From Callorhinchus milii (Eukaryota), in NCBI RefSeq assembly GCF_018977255.1, contig NW_024704764.1:9114001-9178000 (forward strand): a stretch of DNA of 64,000 nt. The letters are read 5' to 3'. Position 1 is the stretch's first letter. Each line of letters opens with the position of its first letter. Both the position numbers and the translations under genes were made by a program. Positions 16,195 through 28,300 of this stretch are shown here, one piece after another. The notes beneath the pieces are model-generated. The model was given only the letters and a program-made list of their open reading frames with translations, made no database searches and was not told the origin of the DNA.

Positions 16195-19100
16195 ATGGAA
16201 GAGGTGAGACATTCATCTTTATTTTTGGATTGAAAAGTCTTTGCTCTATAATAATAATAATAATAATAATAATCCTCGCATTTCATAGAGCGCTTTTCAC
16301 GTCGGGAGGACGTCCCGAAGCGCTTCACAGAACACACTGTAAAGTGAATTGACTGTATATTTGTGGGCGAACGCGGCGGCCGATTGCGCACAGCAATGTC
16401 CCACAAAGTGTCGTAGATTGAAAATGACCCATTTATTATTGTTTTGGGTTTTGGAGGATTATTATTAGGCTCTGTGTGGAGTAAGGAAACTTGCCCAAGG
16501 TTTCGCCCTCTGCCTGGAATTGAACTCAGGTCTCTCGCTTGCAAAGCGAGTGCTCTAACCACTGAGCTACAGGACTCCACTGCTCTGTACGGAATGGAGT
16601 CCCGCGGCTCTAATGGTTGGCGCCCACTCCTCGTCGAGCGAGAGGACCTGGGTTCGACTCCCTGCCCGGGAGAAACCTGAGGCAAGTCTCCTTGCTCTGC
16701 GTCTGTTTACCAGCGCTAAGTAAAAACCCGCTTGTTGGTCGATCAGCGGATTGCTTTCCGGGGGTAAATAATCCGTTTGATAAAAACGTGGGCAATTGGC
16801 CGACGGTTTCGCCCACAAAATAGAGTCAATTCACTTTACAGTATATTCTGTGAAACGCTTTGAGACGTCGCGAAGACGTGATGTGGCGCTATACCAAATG
16901 CGAGGTTTATTATTATTATTATTATATTATTATTATTATTATTATTATCCTGTGAAGCACTTTGGATGTCTTTCCAGTATAACACGTGCTGTAACCGGAT
17001 TAAGTACAAGGATTATTCTTATTAATTAAAGGGGCAAGAAAAAAACATATTTATTATTGCAGTGAAGCCAGAAGAGCCAAGAGACGGGCATCCTCTTTGA
17101 CAGCGTCTAGAGTCACAGTGTGTGTTTTGTGTTTCTTTTTACAAATATCCAGTCTCTCGAACAGCAGCTGTCGACAGTCAGGCAAGAAATCCAACAGAAT
17201 AAGGTAGGAATAAATCACCTGCTGTGTTTGCCCACAACTAGACAGTCACTACACTTGACAGAATTCACTGTGAAGCGCTTGCTGAGATGTTACAGGCGCT
17301 GTATCATAATCAAAACCGACTGTGATTACAATTAATAATAATCTTATGAAGGGTTAGGATCTTGTTGTCAGGCGTGGCTCAGTGGTGGTGCTCTCGCCTG
17401 AGTCAGAAAGTTGGGGGTTCAAGCCCCACATCAGGACTTGGAATCACATAGTCTAAGCTGACGCTCCAACGCAGCGCTGGGGGGGGGCGGGTGTTGCATT
17501 GTCGGAAGTGCCGTCCTTCAGATGAGGCGTTAAACTGAGGTCCCATCTGCCTGTCCAGATGGATGCGGCACTATTCAAGAAGAGAAGGGAATTTCTCTCT
17601 CTTCCCCCAGTGTCCTGGCCAACAATCCCCTAAATAAAATCAGTCACTCACTCCACGGATGTTTGTGGGAATTTATGTGCACAACTGGGTGTCGTGTTTT
17701 GCCCGAAATATGCACACTACACTGCAGTGTATCCTATGAAGCGCTTTGAGATGTCTCGACGATGATTTGATAAGGTGCTATATCAAATGCAAGGATTATT
17801 ATTATATTATTACAATGGGTGATGTATACTCCACATCAGGCCCACTACCAGGATGTTTCAAAGGACAAAATAGATTTAGAGGAACTGAAATTCGAACTGG
17901 AAAAGAAGACCCAGGAATACACGGATCGAATTCAACGACTTCAGAAAATAATAGACACCGACCAATTGGAAAAAGACAACCAGGGCGCAGTGTTTCAGGT
18001 GAGGACATCTCTGCTTTGTATTCATTCTTCTGCTCTTGTTGTTGGAATATTCCCTTTCGACGTGGACATTCCGACGTTGGGAATTCTGAACTTTTGCCTT
18101 CCTTCCAGTTACTAACAGGGTCTCTGGCCCTGTCTCCGGTCTCAAGACCTTCATCTTTGACCGCGCATTCAGCCACACTCCCAATTCCATCCCTTCCCCC
18201 ACCCCCACCCTCCAAACCTCTTGATTCCAACGTCCAGCTTGGGTGCAAGTCCTTAACCGTCCAGCACCTTGGGACGTCCTCCCGATGTGAAAGGCGCCAT
18301 ATAATGCAATTCGATGTTGTCATCGTGGTTATACCTCTTATCATCCACAGAAGCAACTTGATAAGGTTGAGCTGGAGAACACCCAGCTGGCGGAGAAGCA
18401 ACAAGCGCTGAGGGACAAGTTACGGAAACTTGAGGAGGAGAGATTGGGCCTAGAGCAACAGAGCAAGGTAAGGTGGGGAGACACCGCTCAAAGGTTGACT
18501 ACACAATATACGGTCTCCATTAGTTTATTAGGGAATCGGGTACCAGCCTGGCTCAGCTGGGAGCACTCTCACCTTTAGTCAGAATCCTCTTAGAGTATAA
18601 GAGTAGGGAAGTCTTGCTGCAACTGTATAGGGCCCTGGTGAGACCACACCTGGAATACTGTGTGCAGTTTTGGTCTCCTTATTTAAGGAAGGATGTACTT
18701 GGAGGGGGTGCAGCGTAGATTTTCTCGGTTAGTACCAGGGATGAAAGGGTTGAGTTACGAGGATAGGCTGACCAATTTGGGCCTATATTCTCTAGAATAT
18801 AGAAGAATTAGAGGGGATCTTATAGAAGCCTATAAGATCATCAAAGGGTATGATACAGTAGATAGTAGGAGATGGTTTCCCCTGGTTGGAGAAGCTAAAA
18901 CCAGGGGTCACAACCTTAAAATCAGAGGCAGCCCTTTCGCACTGAACTTCTTCACTCAAAGGGCGGTGAATGTATGGAACTCGCTACCCCAAAGGGCTGT
19001 TGACGTTCAGTCTTTGAACATATTCAAGACTGAGATAGATTTCTTATTGCAAAAGGGATTAAGGGATATGGGGATAAGGCAGGGTTAGATTATTAGCTGG

Positions 19101-19349
19101 AGTTAGATTAGAAGATCAGCCATGATTGAATGGCGGGGCAGAGGCTCGAAGGGCCGAATGGCCTCCTCCTGCTCCTACATGTTATGTAATGTAATGCACA
19201 CTGGAAGAGGACTTACCTCGCAGAGGAAATTAAGGATTCATGTCCTGATCGTAATCTGGTATAAAACGCCTTGAAGCTTTTTTGAAAGGCGATATTTCTT
19301 TCATCATTTGATTTTATTTATTAAAAAAAAGTCCATTGAGACCAGGATA

Positions 19350-19381
<32 letters not shown>

Positions 19382-21975
19382 GGATCTCCTGATTCGCACC
19401 CAAACCCTTGACTGTCCAACACCTTGGGACATCCTCCGGATGTGAAAGGCGCTGTACGAACGTAATGTGTTGTTTGTTTGTTGTTGACTACAGGTTTCCT
19501 CCTCTATGCCCAAGAGACCCTTGGTGTTCAATGGAAAGACAAAGGAAGGTAAAACCTGCAACGTGGACTTCAATGTGAAGCCAAACATCCACTATCCAGT
19601 CCGCGGGGGGTGTGCGTTGGTTACCTTTGAGGACAAGGAAGGTAAAGAGCTCCGAAAGATCAGTGAGAAAATGGCAACGCTTTGGTGTCTCGCTGTTCGT
19701 GTCTCTGGGTCAGTGCCTTCGCCTTTTGACCGAGCCTTCACTCCCCTCTCATTTCTCCCCTGAGGACGTCCTCCTGACGTGAAAGGCGCTCTATAAATGG
19801 AATCTTGTTGTTGTTGTTGTTGGGTCAGTTGTTTTGCCATTTAATTATCTCCCCTCTCGTTTCCCTCCCTGAAAAAAACGCAGTTGCCAAAACCATTGTG
19901 GACAAGGGAGAGCACGTGGTTGAGATCGAGGACTGCCACGTTAAAATCAAGGCTCTTCCCATTGAACTGCCAATGCTTAAACAAATTGAGGTAAGTGTAG
20001 AGCTGAGTGACAACCGCCGTCAGAAGGAAGTACGTCAGTTATGAAGATGTGGTGGGGGTGGGGGTGGTTGGGGGGGGGGGGGGGGCGTTGTGTGTGATAA
20101 TTCCAGGCTGGGCCACGAGGTGGTGGTATGGCATTCGCAGCTACCAATTGGAGCCTCGAAAATAACAATAATTTTTGCTTTTGACACAAACACGTCAAGG
20201 CGTTGCGCAGGGTTCAGTGCAAAGTGTAGTGACTGAATCTGTAGACAAACGCAGCAGCTAGCTCGCGCGCAGTAAAAGCTATGAAGTGACTGACTGACTG
20301 GTTTTATCTGCGGGGATTTTTGAAACTCCCTTCTCTCTTCAAACAGTGTCATGGGATCTTTATTGTCCACCTCAACGGCTACGGACGGGATCTGAGTTTA
20401 GTACCTTACCCGAAGATTGGCACCTCCAATACAGCGCTCCCCCACCCCCCACCCCCACCCCCAGCGCGGCCTAGACTGTGAGCTCAAAGTCCTGATGGAG
20501 TTTGTTGTAGTTGTTAAGAGTAATCCTGATTTTGTTCAGTGTAACAAAGGAGGGAATGTTCCCACAGATTCAGACCTGCGTGTGTAAGGAACGAATCCTC
20601 GTGTCCGAGATCCCCAAGCTTCTTGCTGATGACCAGCTGCTGGACAAGCTGGAGCTGCATTTCAGCCGCCCGAGGAATTCGGGAGGCGAGGTGAAGAGCA
20701 TCGACCTTCTGGAAGATTCTGGCAATGTGGTGATCGCGTTTTGCGAAGATGGAAGTAAGATTGTTAGAAAGAAAGACCGACCCTTCTGCGGAATTTTATG
20801 CTTCGGGGACAGGTTGAATCATCCATCGCGCTTTCCCTCTGTAAAAGTTCGATCGGTCGTTCAAACGGTCTTCAAGTCCTCGTCACCTGCTGCCGTATGA
20901 CTCACTTTCCCCCCCGAGGCTTGGTGGACCACAGACACTTTCCAATCCATCAGTCCCCCAGGAATTGACTGTATAGTTTGTGGGCAAAATGTGCAATTGG
21001 CTGCCGTGTTTCCAACAGCCGCAAAAAAAAATACAGTCAATTCACTTTACAGTATATTCTATGAAGTACTTTGAGACGTCTCAAAGACACGATAAAGCGC
21101 TCTATCAAATGCAAGGATCATTATTATGAATCGGACACCTCCCTCCGCCCAGCTTTGCGTCAGGCTCCGCCACTGTTAAGCACTCTGAGACTCTACCCCA
21201 CATCAAGGGCGCTCTATAAATGCAAGTGGTTGTCCAATTCCTTTATTAAGCCTTTTTTCTCGTGGACGGGAGCGGGTCGCAAAGTCACCATTTCCAATTC
21301 CTTTTCAGTCGCTGAAAGATTGACCAAGAAAGAGTTTCACCAAGTGGAGTTCCGAGGGAACTCGAGAGACTCGAAGGATAAGAAAATGCGTCTGAGGGTG
21401 TCCCCCTTCATCAATGGTGAACTCGTTGATGTGAAGGTGACTTTCTTGTCTTCTCTGGGTGGGTTAGTCCCATCTGAATCCTTTACCCTTCCAAGGCTGG
21501 TGGTATGATTTTTCATATCTAACTACGGTCTATATTATCCTTCTGGGGCCGGGTGTGGGTGAGGGAGGGGATTGGTAGTACTCTCACCGCCGGAAGCAGA
21601 AGGTTGCGGGTTCAGGGATACTCACCTGGAGTGTTGTGTTGTGACTGACTGGATAACCTTTCCTTTGTGTGAGTGCGGTGGGCTTTTGCTCGTCGAAACT
21701 GAGTCACGTTTCCTCTGCCCCCTCAGCTCTCCAACGCTGTGTGTGAGAGAAGCGTCCTGCTCACGGAAATCCCGGACATCATGGATCCCGAGGAATTGCA
21801 GGATCTGCTGGAGATCCACTTCCAGAAGCCGAGCATGGACGGCGGAGAAGTGGACACCTTCATGTACTTGCCTCAGGGCCAGAGTGCGGTGGCCCGCTTC
21901 AATAAGGATGAAAGGCAAAAGGAATACAAACCCAATTTATTGATGGATTCATTGATTGGTGGGAATCAAATCTAG
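16195..21975 (+). CDS. IFI35: Interferon-induced protein 35 (IFP35), about 384 aa. Exons 16195-16203, 17153-17203, 17840-17998, 18351-18467, 19494-19641, 19884-19990, 20568-20754, 21309-21436, 21727-21975
   Basis: Coiled-coil exons followed by NID-type domains: [18 protein letters not shown]|[91 protein letters not shown] introns with consistent phases, 1155 nt. Syntenic between RPL27 and VAT1. The 9-nt MEE start exon is the least certain part. Confidence 0.92.
16245..16577 (-). mobile_element. tRNA-derived SINE, near full length
   Basis: Reverse complement of the family head (ggagtcctgtagctcagtggttagagcactcgctttgcaagcgagagacctgagttcaattcc) through to the (tta)n tail. Confidence 0.9.
16595..16950 (+). 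mobile_element. tRNA-derived SINE, near full length
   Basis: Diverged head, central cctgaggcaagtctccttgctc..tgtttaccagc, L2-like tail and (tta)n. Confidence 0.85.
17368..17630 (+). mobile_element. Second SINE family, Deu-domain/SacSINE1-like (other copies on - at about 20290-20500, 30330-30495, 32020-32345)
   Basis: tRNA-like head ggctcagtggt..ctctcgcctgagtcagaaagttgggggttcaagccccac followed by gtgccgtccttcagatgaggcgttaaactgaggtcccatctgcc..ggcactattcaagaagag..cccagtgtcctggccaaca. Confidence 0.7.
18590..19190 (+). mobile_element. CR1 LINE 3' fragment
   Basis: [94 protein letters not shown], with the CR1 3' end ggctcgaagggccgaatggcctcctcctgctcct. Confidence 0.92.
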
Positions 21976-22169
21976 GCGAGCGGATAAACATCGGATGGAC
22001 TGAACCTCTATCTCTGTTACCGTTGTAATCTTACACAGCTATTGTACTATAATAATAAGCTGTTGTGAATTATAAGGTTATTTTAGATATTCTTAGAAAT
22101 CTTCATGAACGAAGAGCAAGGAATCGGGTTTTCCTCTCATAATTACTTCTGTGTTTGGCACGCACCGGG

Positions 22170-22410
22170 CTCCATGACCCTCTCACCCCCATCCTCGCCC
22201 GGCTCCGCTTGCTCCCCATCCCCCAGAGAATAGAGTTCAAAATCCTCGTCCGCGCTTTCAAAGCCCACCACGGCCTCACTCCTCCCTACGTCTGTGATCT
22301 GCTAACTCCGCAATGACCTGTTTAATGAGTCCCTCCGCTCAGCGGGCTCCATCGCCCCTGCCCAGCTCAGCCCAGCCCAGCCCACAATTGGTGGTCGGGC
22401 CTTCAGCCTC
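22170..22410 (+). mobile_element. L2 LINE 3' fragment
   Basis: TPILARLRLLPIPQRIEFKILVRAFKAHHGLTPPYVCDLL-like degenerate translation. Confidence 0.7.
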
Positions 22411-23770
22411 TCTGCCCCATTATACAAATGTAATTTGTTGTTGTTGTTAAAGCAGCCCCCGGGCTGTTCCTCTGTGTCTTTGAAAGTTTTGAGATGTTGT
22501 AGAATTGGGTGTCCTGTAGTTCAATGGTTAGAGCACTTGCCTCGCAAGCGGGAGACCTGGGTTCGCTTCCCGGCAGAGCGAGACCTTGGGCAAGTTTCCT
22601 TACCCCACACGCCTGGCAATAACCCCTCAAAAGAAAATTAATAAATTGGTCACTTCAATCCACGACTGTTTGTGTGGTGACGCTGCCGTGAGCAGTTGGC
22701 CGCCGCGTTTCGCCCACAAATATAGTCAATTCACCTTACAGTATATTCTGTGAAGCGCTTTGGGACCACGAGAAGACGGGAAAAGCGCTGTAATCGAAAT
22801 GCCGGGATCATTGCGATAATTGTGGAAAGCTCTTTAACGGAGGCGCAGTTTGGAGTAATCGTACTCGTGGGATAATAAAGATCGGCAAATGCATTCGCTG
22901 GTACAACGGAGTAATTTACGGTATCCGGTCAGCGCACTTTCACATCGAAGCCTTTCACGCGGGCGGCCTACGCTAAGTGGTGTGTGGGGTTGGGGGGTGG
23001 GGGGGGGGGGGAGGACAGGGACAGTGGAGAGCTGTGTCGGGTGGGTGCCTGCTCATTGCTTTGAGTACACGGAGGCCATTTTGGGTTTGGGGTTATTTGG
23101 TTAAAATGGATGGTATCTCTATCCCCGCCCCCCCCCCACCGCCGCGCACACGTGTATCTGTGGAGTCCCGGAGTGCAGCGGTTAGCGTGCTCGCCTCGCA
23201 AGCAAGAGGTCCTGGGTTGAATTCCCAGGCGGAGCGAAACGGGGTGAAGTTTCCTTACTCCGCACGCCTGTTTCCCTCGCGGTCAGTAGGGTCCGGGTGG
23301 TTAGTCGATTGGCGCATCACCTTCCGGGGCTAATAATCCCTCCAAAATCAACACATTTCATCACTCAATCCACTGGGGGGGGGGGGGGGGGACACAGTGT
23401 CTGTGATTACCAAGCCTCATCCCATCAGGATCCAAGAACAGACCTCCTAAGTTTCCCTTCATTTGGGACTTCCATCTTTAGACCCATATCTCCACAAACC
23501 TCTATTTCCAGCCACACCCCCACCCCCCCCACCCCCCAAAAAACACATCATCTCCATCTGCCTATCCATCAGCCCCTCGATCTCCAGGCCATAATCTCCA
23601 GACCCCCATCTTCCCAAACCTCTCGATCTCCAACACACCCCCCACTGCTGTTTGGACCCTCAGTGATGGGACATAGTCTCTCTCTCTCTCTCCTCTCCTC
23701 TCTCTCTCTCTCACTGATGCTCAGGCATTTGGTCTGATCGCAGAGGCTCGAGTCTGAGGGAGATCTTAGC

Positions 23771-23782
23771 AGTTTCACTTTC
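23771..23782 (+). promoter_or_regulatory. ISRE upstream of the RBM43/Deltex-like gene, followed by a putative non-coding exon 1 ending at 23866
   Basis: AGTTTCACTTTC matches the core of the ISRE consensus AGTTTCNNTTTC. Donor ggccag|gtaggg at 23866/23867. Confidence 0.75.
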
Positions 23783-25351
23783 GATCCATCTCCTTCCTGT
23801 CTTCATCTTTCTTTCCTCTGCCGCGACCCTGGGAAACGGGACTGGCGTTGGCGGCCCCCGGGCCAGGTAGGGTACGCGCATCGCCCGCCTCAACAGACCT
23901 CATCCAAACTTCTCCTGCAACTTCCTGAAAGTGTTTTTTTTGGTGTTGGGGAGGGGGAAGAGGAGGAGAGGAGGGAGGTTGAGCAGCGGGGTAGGGGTTA
24001 AGATAAGTACTCCTTTTTTTTTCTTTTTATAAAAAAAAACCAAACGCAACACCAAAAAAAAAACTCCCAATTGAGGAACAAACCCTTTGGTTTCTGTTTC
24101 ACCACCAGATTTTCTTACAATGGCGATCAGAAAAATAGAGACCACCAACTCCTTGCAACCTCTGGGCAGCAAGAGGAACAACCAGGGTCTCATGTGCCTT
24201 TATCCTGTCCCCCACTCCCCTCCCTCAAAGATTTCACCTGATCAAAGAGGTTGCAAACAACCCCCCATTGGTCTCTCTGTGGGTCAGGCCATCTTGAGAT
24301 AGTCTGAGCATTAATTATATTGTTGAAAATGTCTCGATTTGCCCCCATTTGAACTCAAAGCGAGCGATAGTTGCCCCATTTCCCCCCCTCTCTCTCTCTC
24401 TCTCTACAAGGGATATTGCTCTTTCTCTTCCCCCCCTAGAGGATGTTAATAGTCCATCTCTTCCCGCAAACAGTTAGCAATTTCCCTCTTGAATTAGCTG
24501 ACTGTTATCCTGGGGGTGGGGTTGTGGGCGGGAAGTAAAAGGTGTCTCTCCTCGGAGCTCAACTGGCTCCAAGGTGACATGTTTCGGCAACGGTATGTCG
24601 GAATCTTTTCTCGAGCCAGCCCCTTGTGAAATGCTGGGCTCTGTCCAGCGCCTTGGGACGTCCTCCCGGCGTGAAAGGCGCTACGCAAATGTGACCTTGG
24701 TGTCGTTGTTGTTGCGGTGGCGGCGATGGTCTCTAGTCTGGTTCCTAAGCCACGGGGTATTCCAGGGCACTGCTGCTAACAGCTCAGCCCGGCTTCACTG
24801 GGGAAGAACAGACAGTGCTATCAATGAAAAGTCATGTGGTTTTAGCTGATTAGATTCCAGCAACAACAACAACAACAACAAGATTCCATTGATCGAGCGC
24901 CCTTCACGTCGGGAGGACGTCCCAAAGCGCTGGAAGTTGGGTCAGTGCACGCTCTTGGGGTTCCCCCAAGGCTTGGCTCTTGCCAACCTGGGCCTAAATA
25001 CTTTCCGGAATTGGGTAAGCAGGATGCATTCCTCCAGGGAGGGAGGGAGGGAGGGAGGGAGAGCGCGGGCTTTCCACTCCATCAATCTATCTCGAGAATT
25101 TCCGTGTGTAGTTGGGATAACATGGAATTCTCAGTTTGGTTGCGAGACTTTCAAACATGGTGATGGGTTTCCGCACGGCCTCAGACACCCATCAGACTCC
25201 ACAAAAGCTGCAAGGAACTTCCAACCCCACCCACTGCCCCCCAAAACTCCAGCGGAGGATTTCTTAATTCAGAAAAAGACGCAAAATCGTTGCCTTCTCA
25301 ACGGGAAAGTTTGAGGTGCCGACCGCACCCATCTCTTTGTCCCCACAGGTC

Positions 25352-28300
25352 ATGATGGAGAGGACGGTGCAGGTGCTGAATTTGCCTGAAGATGTCCCCA
25401 CGCACATCCTGGAGGACAAGCTCCTGATCCACTTCCTGCGGCCCAAGAACGGAGGGGGCGACATCGCGGAGATCACCTTCCTGGCCGGAACGACAACTGC
25501 TCTGATTCGTTTCGAGGAAGCGGAAGGTAATACGGGATCAGGACGGAGCGAGCATTGTCACGGTCTCTGTCCCTCGGATGAGACCTTATTGTGTGTCAGC
25601 GCACTCGCCTCTGAATCAGAAGACTGTGAGTTCAAGCCCCCACGTCAGGACTTGGAATCACATAGTCCACCTCACTCCCGCCCCCGCCCTCGCCCTCGCT
25701 CACCTCCACTGGCTCCCCATCCCCCAGAGGATCGAATTCAAGATCCTCATCCTCACCTACAAGGCCATTCAGGGCCTCGCTCCCTCCTACCTCTCCGACC
25801 TACTATCCCTCTACCTACCTGCCCGTACCCTCCGTTCCTCTGGCTCCGGTCTGCTCCACATCCCCCACCCCAACTGCCCTACCATCGGTGGCCTTCAGCC
25901 TCTCAGCCCCGAGGCTCTGGAACTCCATCCCCAGTGCCTTCGCCACTTCCTCCCTTTCCTCCTTCAAGGCCGGTCTCAAGGCCTTTCTCTTTGACAGTGC
26001 CTTCACCTCCCCTCTCAACTCTCTGCCCCCTCCTCGCTCCCTCCCTTCCCTCCCCTCACCCTGACCATCTCCCCTCCCGCTCGGGTCCCAACCCAACTGT
26101 CCAGCGACTTGGGACGTCCTCCCGATGTGAAAGGCACTATAGAAATGTGATCTTCTTGCTGTTGTTGTTGTTGTATGGCCCTCGGGAAGGGTTGAATCTC
26201 CAACGTGGTGCGCGTGAACTCTCGGGTCTGATTCGGAGACTCCGAGACACGGCGGCGGGTCAGTTCGTCCGCTGACCGACCGAGCCATGAGGATGGATTC
26301 GCCTCGTCGTTGGTCCTGTGGCGGTCGCTCGCTAATCATCTTGTTGTCGTCGTCGTTTGTTTGTTTGTTTGTTTGTGGTGGTGGTCATCGTCGTCGCCGC
26401 CGCGGTGGCCGCCGTTTCGTTACTCAGTGGCCGAGCGGGTTCTGCGGATGCCGAGCCACGTCCTGGCGGTCAACGGCGACCAACATCGGGTGACCGTGGC
26501 GGGGGCGGCCGCCCACTTCCAACTGGACCAGGTAAGAAGGCCTTGACCCGCGGTGACCACCACACACCCCCCCCACCCCATCCCCACAACCCCACGCCCA
26601 CCCCACTCCCTGCGACTCTCGCGCCCCACCCCATCCCACCACCCACGCGTGCGCTTGACGATCCCGCGTTGGCGGCGAGGGATGGGTGGGGCGCGGGGGG
26701 TGGTGGGGTAACGCGAACCGATTACTTTATTGATTACTATCGATTACCGATTGTCGACTCACTCCGAATTGAACGGCTTCCCTTTGGTCAGGTGATCCCG
26801 AGCGTCATCATGGTGATCGACTACTCCAAGCTCCCGGGAGGAGGAGCGGGAGGAGGAGGAGGAGGAGGAGGAGGGGAAGCCTTGCTGAGACGCCTGAGGG
26901 AGGCGCACCCAGACGCCCGCTTCAGCTTCGACCTGACCGCCGGCTGCTGCACCGCCGAGGGAAGCTTCCCGGCCATCCGGCGGCTCGGGGAGGCCGTGGG
27001 CCGCGCTCTTGGCGCCGACGCCAACGGCAGCGCGCTTGCGCCGGGCCAACCCGCTCGCGAGCCGGCTGCAAAACCCCAGCCTGATCAGGCCGGAAAGAGA
27101 GGAGAGGGGGCCGGCCGACCGCGCCCGCCGGCCGATCGGACCCGGTCCGACTCCGCGTCCTCCCCGGATTTTTCAAACTTTCCAACCGCCGCGAGCCTGA
27201 GGCGTGGGGGGGGGAGCGGGTGGAGAAACCTCGAGGGCGTCGACGACGGCGACCCGGTGCTGCTGATGGACACCGAGATTTACCGCTACATCGGCAGGTT
27301 CTACCAGCCCAGGTACCGGGCCATCCTGTCGCGGCACCGGGTGGCGGCGGTGGACATGGAGAGCGAGGGGGTGACCAGCTTGTTTTTGCAGCTGGAGGCG
27401 GAGGAGGAGGGAGAGAGTCGGGAGGACGAGGCTCTGGCCCGGGCCCACCGGGACCTGTCCGACCTGTACCGCGAGCTCGAGCTCCAGCTCCGCAAGGAGC
27501 AGTTCGACAAGAGCGACCTGACCGACGACCCCGAGCTGATGCGGCAGCTGGTCGCCCACCTGGAGGCGCGCTTCCCCCAGATCAACCTGCACCAGGACGC
27601 CGGACGCTTGTACCTGGTCGGGAGCCGGGACGACTGCTCGCTGGCCAAGAAAACCGTGCAGGACCTGAGGGAAGAGCTGCTCGGCGGGAAAGGGAGCAGA
27701 TCCCCGGCCGACCCCTTCGGGCCGAGGCCGGTCGCCTCAGCCCCGAAGGCAGACGCGGTCAAGAAGGACCACAAGCTGGCCGCCAATTTCAGCGCCGGAA
27801 GGGCAGGGAGCGTTGACCACTTATCCGCGGGTCAAGGCGCCAAGGCTCACCCGTCAGGCGGGGACCAGCAGCACAAACGGCATCTCAGGAGCTCCGGCGC
27901 CGACCCGCTGACCGCGGGTCAATCCGCCAAGGCTCACCCGTCGGGCTCGGACCATCTGCACAAACGGCGCCTCAGGATCTCCAGTGCCGACCCGTCGCCC
28001 TACCCGGACCGAGCCGCGGGCGCAAAGGAGTTCGCCCTCTCGTCCAGAGAGATCGAGGCAGACCTGCTGCTCAAGGCGATCGGATCTTCTTCGGGTTTAA
28101 ACCGGCTCAAGAGTCCCGACAGGGCGGCGGATGACGCCATGTTCACCGGACGCAGTGAGAGCAGAGGAGACAAGTCACTACCCGCCGCGAGAAGCAGCAA
28201 GACGACGCACGGACCTGTAAAGCCATACGCATTTGAGACGTCGGCAGGTACACTCATCCAGTTGGAAGACTTGGCTCACAAAGCACCTCCTTTCCACTCA

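Noticed and set aside
16500-16577. tRNA-Ala-like sequences here and at about 2625, 15007, 22508 and 42414
   Set aside because: They are SINE heads followed by the SINE body, and the acceptor stems do not close.
26357-26791. N-terminal part of the 1124-aa ORF in the track
   Set aside because: It is read-through of introns and of exon 26428-26531 in the wrong frame. The real exon starts at the acceptor at 26792 and ends at the GC donor at 29596.
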